Source: a virus (taxonomy: Duplodnaviria > Caudoviricetes). From it: a stretch of 30,414 bases of DNA. The notes under the pieces are model-generated. The model was not told where the DNA came from and did no database searches. It was given only the letters and a program-made list of their open reading frames with translations. The stretch is taken from positions 1 to 30,414 of IMG/VR virus record IMGVR_UViG_3300012665_001404. One strand, 5' to 3'. Positions 25,267-30,414 of the stretch are shown piece after piece. How positions within the stretch are numbered: position 1 is the first letter of the stretch; each line of letters starts with the position of its first letter. Both the position numbers and the translations under genes were made by a program.

Positions 25267-25344
25267 AATTTTTTCTATTGTGTGGTGCGAATATACTATA
25301 ATACTTTGTAATTCCAAGAATTTTTCGTAAAATTGTAAGAAATT

Positions 25345-25587
25345 ATGAATAACGAATTAAAAGACCGGGTGCTTGAACTTAAAAGCAAATTAAAGCGTGG
25401 CGATATGGCTCGTATCGTAGACAGAGTTACAAAGTTTGGGATACAGAAATACGATGTATATAACATACTCAATGGAAAAAGTTTAGTTGATCATCAAAAA
25501 CTAATCCTAGTGATGAAGGAAGTAAAACGCTGTATCGATGAAAATGAAGCTTACCTTCGAGAATTCGAAACTAAAATTTCTGAATAA
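25345..25587 (+). CDS. Putative HTH DNA-binding protein
   Basis: GDMARIV...KYDVYNILNGK helix-turn-helix-like. Confidence 0.55.
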   Translation: MNNELKDRVLELKSKLKRGDMARIVDRVTKFGIQKYDVYNILNGKSLVDHQKLILVMKEVKRCIDENEAYLREFETKISE

Positions 25588-26000
25588 TGACTTTTGATGA
25601 CCTCGAAAGAAAAATTATTGAGATTCGTAAAAGAGGTTTAAACATTGTAGTTCAGACAGAACTCATTGCAAATGTCAGAGGTGAGTATTATGAAAAACTT
25701 ATCGCAAAGAAACATAGTGCGATAAATGACTTATTTAGAAAGAATATAAACTACCTTGCTTCTTTACACAAGCAGAAAGTGACATCGAATCTGATTCAAG
25801 AAACTATGGGTATTCAACCAGACTTGAATCTAAACAAAGTTATTTATGGAAATTACACCATCAATAACATTAAAACTGCAATAGCGGTGGCCGAATTTTA
25901 TGGCTTGCCGGTTGATTTATTGTTATTTAACGATCTAGAAGCAAATGCCCAAACACTTAAAGAACTCTATCCTGCTATTTTCAGACAGGGTAGAAATTAA
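25587..26000 (+). CDS. Putative XRE-type HTH protein
   Basis: NINYL...LNKVIYG...IAVAEFYGLPVDLLL. Confidence 0.6.
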   Translation: MTFDDLERKIIEIRKRGLNIVVQTELIANVRGEYYEKLIAKKHSAINDLFRKNINYLASLHKQKVTSNLIQETMGIQPDLNLNKVIYGNYTINNIKTAIAVAEFYGLPVDLLLFNDLEANAQTLKELYPAIFRQGRN

Positions 26001-26352
26001 ACCACTTTCCGTCAACGAATGTTGGCAAGGGAAACGATTCAAAACAAAAACTTATCAAGCCTACGAAAAAGAGATGCTACTCAGATTAGCACCTTTTGAT
26101 TTCAAACAATCCAAACAACCTTTGGAGTTATCTCTGATTGTAGGCGTAAGCAACATTGCCTCAGATGTAGACAATGTCGTAAAGCCATTTGTAGACATCC
26201 TTCAAAAAAAATATAACTTCAACGACAAATATATCTTTCGCCTTGTAATTGAGAAAGTTATGGTTGTCAAAGGAGCCGAATTTATCGAGTTCTACATAAA
26301 AAATTGCACTCCTAGACTTTTTCAGTTTGATAATTCAGAAAAAGAGCTTTAA
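25945..26352 (+). CDS. RusA-like Holliday junction resolvase
   Basis: KPLSVN..WQG.RFKT..Y; DVDNVVKPFVDIL...ND. Confidence 0.8.
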   Translation: MPKHLKNSILLFSDRVEIKPLSVNECWQGKRFKTKTYQAYEKEMLLRLAPFDFKQSKQPLELSLIVGVSNIASDVDNVVKPFVDILQKKYNFNDKYIFRLVIEKVMVVKGAEFIEFYIKNCTPRLFQFDNSEKEL

Positions 26353-26357
26353 TATTG
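26326..26357 (+). promoter_or_regulatory. Putative promoter of an intergenic RNA
   Basis: TTTG-N20-TAATATTG; one mismatch to TAnnTTTG. Confidence 0.45.
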
Positions 26358-26558
26358 CAGCACGGCAGAATTTGTAATGGGGGTATTGTTCCAAGCCGTC
26401 TGGTGAGTAAAGCAAGTCGCTTGCAGAATCAACCAGCCACTCTTAACCAATTTTCAAAAAAGCACACGCTTTTTAGGAAAGGGGGGAAAGGGGGGTATGG
26501 TTTAATGCTGGTTCCGTAAGCAAATGTATTGTTGGTCTCGGAGAAGTAAGAATATACT

Positions 26559-26602
26559 AAATGCCCTAACTATGCTCTTTTCAAAAAGGGCATTTCTTTT
26601 TT
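26559..26602 (+). terminator. Putative intrinsic terminator
   Basis: AAATGCCCT...AGGGCATTT 9-bp stem (19-nt loop) followed by CTTTTTT. Confidence 0.5.
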
Positions 26603-26616
26603 ATAACCTTTTTGTT

Positions 26617-26624
26617 TAAATTTG
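26617..26624 (+). promoter_or_regulatory. TAAATTTG element before the portal gene
   Basis: Exact TAnnTTTG 6 nt before the ATG at 26631. Confidence 0.5.
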
Positions 26625-26630
26625 TAATCA

Positions 26631-28844
26631 ATGGCGTTTACTATAACTAATCAACCAAAGCAGTTTTTGTCAGAAAGTGAGAAAACTAAAATTTGGTACA
26701 AGGAGAACCTTCAGTTCATAATGAGTCATTTCAACAAAAGAAATGATCGTATTTCTAGGGTTCGACAATCAGTCGATTTGGAAAATCCTATTGATGAAAT
26801 TGTCCGTATGTACACATACTACCTTGGCAGACAATCCAACAAAGATTACTACTACACAACTCAAGACCAAAACAATTGCGACCTTCCAACAGTATGGATT
26901 AATGGACAAAAGGTGACTTCTTTGGTTGACTTTATGGTTGGTAATGCCATCAAGATGATCGAGAACATAGAACCATCTGTAAAGGCTCAAAGCAAAGCGG
27001 CAATGAACAAGAAAACTGAAATCTTGGAGAAAGCATTGTTGATGTTTGACGCTCCAGAGATTTTTGAAACATTGGCTGAGTACGGAGTTGAATATGCTCC
27101 TTTGGGTAACGATACTGAAAAAATGGAAACTCCTGAAGATGTGTATCGTTATATGGAGTATGACTACAGACAGTATACAGAAGTAATCGGTATGCGTATG
27201 GCAGAAGATATTCTTCTTCGTAATGACTATCGCAATAAACTCAAGCAAGCATTTTTGTATACCTTACTCGGAGGTAGAGTAGGTATTGAAAACAGAGTTG
27301 AAAATGCTAAACAATACTTTGATATCATCCTCCCCCATAACTTGATCGTTGATATGGCGAAGGATGATGACTTTAATTCTGATGCCCGATTTGTTGGAAA
27401 AGTAGATTGGTTGAATACTACTGATGTAATCGAAAGATATCAGCAATGGCTTACTACAGAGGAGATTAAAGAAATCAAAGAAATCACAATGAACAACCTG
27501 TATCAGCTTTTGGATTTGACTACACATCCATATGCAACGAACTGGGCGTTTAACTTTAACAACCTTCCAACTTTGGCGTGTGTAACCGGCTATTGGATTG
27601 GTATGAAAGATTTGGGTTACGAAGAGTCAAAAGATAAATTTGGCAACACCCATATTTCTAAAATCAGAAACGGACGCAAAAGTAAATTTTGGACCAAGAC
27701 TGTTTACAAGGGTACTCTCATCGGAAACAAATATGTTGTTGAATGGGAAGAGGTTACAAACCAAGTTCGTAAACACGACAATCCCGGAGATGTAGAATTG
27801 CCGTTGAAAGTGTTTATCCCGAATATGGTAATGGGAGAAAATCGTTCTGTGGTTGCTCGCTTGCACCAACACCAGGATCGCATCGATTACATCACAAACG
27901 AAATAACCAAAATGATGAACCGTGCCAAAGGCAAGGTGTATATCATCAACCGACAAAAACTCGGTACTTCAACTGCCAAAGATGTTATCTCTGATTTCGA
28001 ACGCTTGGGTATCCACGTTACTGATGGCTCGGCTACTGGTGAAGACTTTGTTGCAGGTCAAGATGCTCGTATGGTAGAAGTAGTCGATATGACGCTTGAT
28101 CCTAACGTAAACCAATTGATAAATCTTCGCAGAGAAGAAGAGCGTTTGATGGAAGAGATTGTGAACATTCCAAAAGTTGCTCTTGGTCAACAAAGTGGTT
28201 ATGTCGGAGCCAAAACTCAAGCAGGTACAATTGCTCAATCTAACTTGGGTACATCTTACCTATACCAAGGCTTTATTGAATTCTTCCAAAAGAATCTTGC
28301 ATTCAGTTTGAATCAGTATAAAGTTTCATTGATTTCTGAATCTGAAGATGAAATCCCTGTAGTTGGTACTCGTGGAAAACAATGGTTGAAAATCACCAAA
28401 GATTTCCAAATGGAAGAACTTGGCGTTTATATCAAAGTAAAAGACTTTATCGATGACGCATCTCGTGAGCGTTTGTTGGCTTTGGCACAGGCGGCTATGC
28501 AGAACCAACAGATCGATATGTTTGATTATCTTACTATCGAACAGGCGAGAAGTTATACTGAATTATTGGCTGACCTCAAATATGCTATGAATAAGAAAAA
28601 GCGTGAGGCCCAACAGCAACAAGCAATGATGCAAATGATGCAACAGGCTCAGCAAGAACAGCAAATGGCTGCACAACAGCAAGTTGCAGGAATGAAAGAG
28701 CAAGGTGCAAACTATCGTGCTGAAGTTGGGGCTCAATCTCAATTAGCAAAAGAGGCGATGAAATCAGGTATGTCACAAGAACCTACCGCTGAAGACGGAG
28801 CAGTTGCTGAAGAAGAAATGCTTGCTCAAATGATGGGCCAATAG
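26631..28844 (+). CDS. Portal protein (large, crAss-like type)
   Basis: 737 aa helical protein with Gln-rich C-terminus; first gene of the portal-scaffold-capsid order; called from size, composition and synteny. Confidence 0.8.
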   Translation: MAFTITNQPKQFLSESEKTKIWYKENLQFIMSHFNKRNDRISRVRQSVDLENPIDEIVRMYTYYLGRQSNKDYYYTTQDQNNCDLPTVWINGQKVTSLVDFMVGNAIKMIENIEPSVKAQSKAAMNKKTEILEKALLMFDAPEIFETLAEYGVEYAPLGNDTEKMETPEDVYRYMEYDYRQYTEVIGMRMAEDILLRNDYRNKLKQAFLYTLLGGRVGIENRVENAKQYFDIILPHNLIVDMAKDDDFNSDARFVGKVDWLNTTDVIERYQQWLTTEEIKEIKEITMNNLYQLLDLTTHPYATNWAFNFNNLPTLACVTGYWIGMKDLGYEESKDKFGNTHISKIRNGRKSKFWTKTVYKGTLIGNKYVVEWEEVTNQVRKHDNPGDVELPLKVFIPNMVMGENRSVVARLHQHQDRIDYITNEITKMMNRAKGKVYIINRQKLGTSTAKDVISDFERLGIHVTDGSATGEDFVAGQDARMVEVVDMTLDPNVNQLINLRREEERLMEEIVNIPKVALGQQSGYVGAKTQAGTIAQSNLGTSYLYQGFIEFFQKNLAFSLNQYKVSLISESEDEIPVVGTRGKQWLKITKDFQMEELGVYIKVKDFIDDASRERLLALAQAAMQNQQIDMFDYLTIEQARSYTELLADLKYAMNKKKREAQQQQAMMQMMQQAQQEQQMAAQQQVAGMKEQGANYRAEVGAQSQLAKEAMKSGMSQEPTAEDGAVAEEEMLAQMMGQ

Positions 28845-28890
28845 AAAATATTTGTAAATTTGTATATATTATACTAAATTTGAAAAATAT

Positions 28891-29847
28891 ATGAGTGAAA
28901 ACTTTTTATCAGATATTGCTGACCAATTGCGGAATCAGACTCCTCCTGTGGCTCCTACTTCTGTAGAGCCAACACCAGCAGAGCCTACGCCTGCTCCGGT
29001 AATACCAGCAGAACCCACACCTGCTGAACCTGTTGTTGCAGCTCCGGTTAATCCTCAGATTACCGATAGTGTAACTCAAGTAAAAGAATGGTGGGAAGCC
29101 GATGAACCAGCTCCTGCTGATTCAAAGCCAACAGATAAAGTTGAACCTCAGCAGCCACAAGCTCAACCCGATTTGGATGAAGACTTGAAGTTGTTGATGG
29201 ACTATAAGAAATCTGGCAAAACTCTAAAGGACTTTGTCAACGACTATAAAGTTGATGACATTAGTACTTGGAGCGAAGAACAGGTTGTAAAAAATGGAAT
29301 CAAAGAATTTATGGGCTTGCAGGGTGAAGAACTCGAACAAGCAATCTATGAATACGATAACGCTTCCATTTTCCAAAAGAAACAATGGGCTGAATCTTTC
29401 AAGCAGCAATACAATCAGAAGAACCAAGATAAACTGAAACAGTTGACTAGTTCTAATGATAAATTTGCTGAACAAGAACAAGCCGTTGCTCAAAAATACA
29501 ACGCTGAATTAGAATCGTTTTCTCAGCAAGTGGTAGGTCAAGAGTTGTATGGCATGAAAATCACAGACGAAATGTCCAAGGATTTGAAAAGCTTTATTGA
29601 CAAAGAGTTTACCCTTCAGAGACCCGATGGTTCGTTTGACGTTGAAAAGATGTATTCCATTGGCCTATGGCTAAAGTATGGAAAAGATCTTATGAGGGCC
29701 AACATCACCAAAGCCAAAAATGAAGGAAGGGATCAGATAATCAAAGAGGTTACTAATCCTTCTAAAAATATGACTGGTGGAGGAAGAGTTGTTGGTTCTG
29801 GACTTGAGGCCGCACAAGAGGCTTTTGTAGCTATGTTCCCTGGCTAA
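28891..29847 (+). CDS. Putative scaffolding/head assembly protein
   Basis: Acidic, with EPTPA Pro-rich N-terminus and coiled coils; between portal and capsid; two TAAATTTG at 28855 and 28875 upstream. Confidence 0.6.
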   Translation: MSENFLSDIADQLRNQTPPVAPTSVEPTPAEPTPAPVIPAEPTPAEPVVAAPVNPQITDSVTQVKEWWEADEPAPADSKPTDKVEPQQPQAQPDLDEDLKLLMDYKKSGKTLKDFVNDYKVDDISTWSEEQVVKNGIKEFMGLQGEELEQAIYEYDNASIFQKKQWAESFKQQYNQKNQDKLKQLTSSNDKFAEQEQAVAQKYNAELESFSQQVVGQELYGMKITDEMSKDLKSFIDKEFTLQRPDGSFDVEKMYSIGLWLKYGKDLMRANITKAKNEGRDQIIKEVTNPSKNMTGGGRVVGSGLEAAQEAFVAMFPG

Positions 29848-29879
29848 TCAAAAAGGGATAACAAAAAAAAATAACATAA

Positions 29880-30414
29880 ATGGCAACTATTTCAAATCTT
29901 CCAATAAGTCAATCTTTATTGCTTAAAGGACTTTCATTGCCCAACAAAATGGCAATGGTTTATAGCCAAGACTTCGGCTATAACGTCTTGACCCAGTTGA
30001 CTTCTAAATTGGCGAGTTCTATCTCTAGCCCTCAGGCACGAGTAGAAATCTCTTCTTTGGGAAACTTGGGTGTTTACTCTAAAATTGTTGCAAACGGTAC
30101 TATCGTTACTGGTACATCTTTGATGTCAGTAAGTGTGCAAGACGCAAGTAAATTCCGTGTTGGTGATATCATTGCTGATGGTAACTTGGTTCAAGCCTTG
30201 ATTACTGACGTAGATTTCTCTGGTAACAAAATTTTTATTGCTCCTCACACTACTGCAAGTTTGACTGCTGGTACTCACTTCTTGGCTAACACTCAAGCAA
30301 AGCGTTTCTTCGATGCTTCTGCTAACCGTAGCTCAATTGGTAAAACCACTTTGAACTATACACCTGATACCGACTTCGCTTTGACTGCGGTAACTCGTGA
30401 AAGTTCACACCAAT
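29880..30414 (+). CDS. Probable major capsid protein, 5' part (runs off the window; not in the ORF track)
   Basis: ATG 29880, MATISNLPISQSLLLKG..., open for 178 codons to the window end; strongly biased codons; follows portal and scaffold. Confidence 0.7.
   Translation, partial: MATISNLPISQSLLLKGLSLPNKMAMVYSQDFGYNVLTQLTSKLASSISSPQARVEISSLGNLGVYSKIVANGTIVTGTSLMSVSVQDASKFRVGDIIADGNLVQALITDVDFSGNKIFIAPHTTASLTAGTHFLANTQAKRFFDASANRSSIGKTTLNYTPDTDFALTAVTRESSHQ

Noticed and set aside
28940-29050. EPTPA repeats
   Set aside because: Ordinary low-complexity Pro-rich linker of a scaffold-like protein
84-29493. Many antisense or nested ORFs in the track (e.g. 84-377, 7271-7672, 18652-19080, 21780-22292, 23314-23721, 26769-27248)
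   Set aside because: Shadows of well-supported genes with no motifs; only the nested MTase frame has independent motif support
1-30414. Stop-codon reassignment as in some crAss-like phages
   Set aside because: TerL, PolB, primase and portal are full length in the standard code, TAG and TGA both end genes, and no suppressor tRNA is seen

Overview
This is a 30.4-kb segment of a tailed dsDNA phage that probably infects Bacteroidota. The host inference rests on many TTTG-N19/20-TAnnTTTG-type promoters and A-rich starts that mostly lack Shine-Dalgarno sequences. The gene set is crAss-like-related: family B DNA polymerase, T7/Twinkle-type primase-helicase, terminase large subunit, and a large portal followed by a scaffold-like gene and the major capsid gene. 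Layout: (i) + strand lysis/packaging block, 142-3917; (ii) long - strand early/replication block, 19313->3907, with many small genes, two C5 methyltransferases, a serine recombinase, a GH73-like hydrolase, primase-helicase and PolB; (iii) a ~1.67-kb non-coding region, 19314-20981, probably the genome end/packaging/origin region; (iv) - strand block, 25266->20982, with SSB, YqaJ exonuclease, HNH-like gene, a third C5 methyltransferase, tRNA-Thr and GroES-like gene; (v) + strand HTH genes, RusA-like gene, portal, scaffold and the start of the capsid gene. The most unusual signals are: the non-coding region (IHF-consensus sites, 19-bp Fur-like palindromes, purine-pyrimidine tracts and a dense array of different operator-sized palindromes); a C5 methyltransferase whose motif IX lies in an overlapping +1 frame; a 37-bp cassette-junction repeat carrying a strong SD; a CCA-ending tRNA minihelix lacking D and anticodon arms; and three candidate structured RNAs. 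All family calls come from motif recognition by eye, not database searches.
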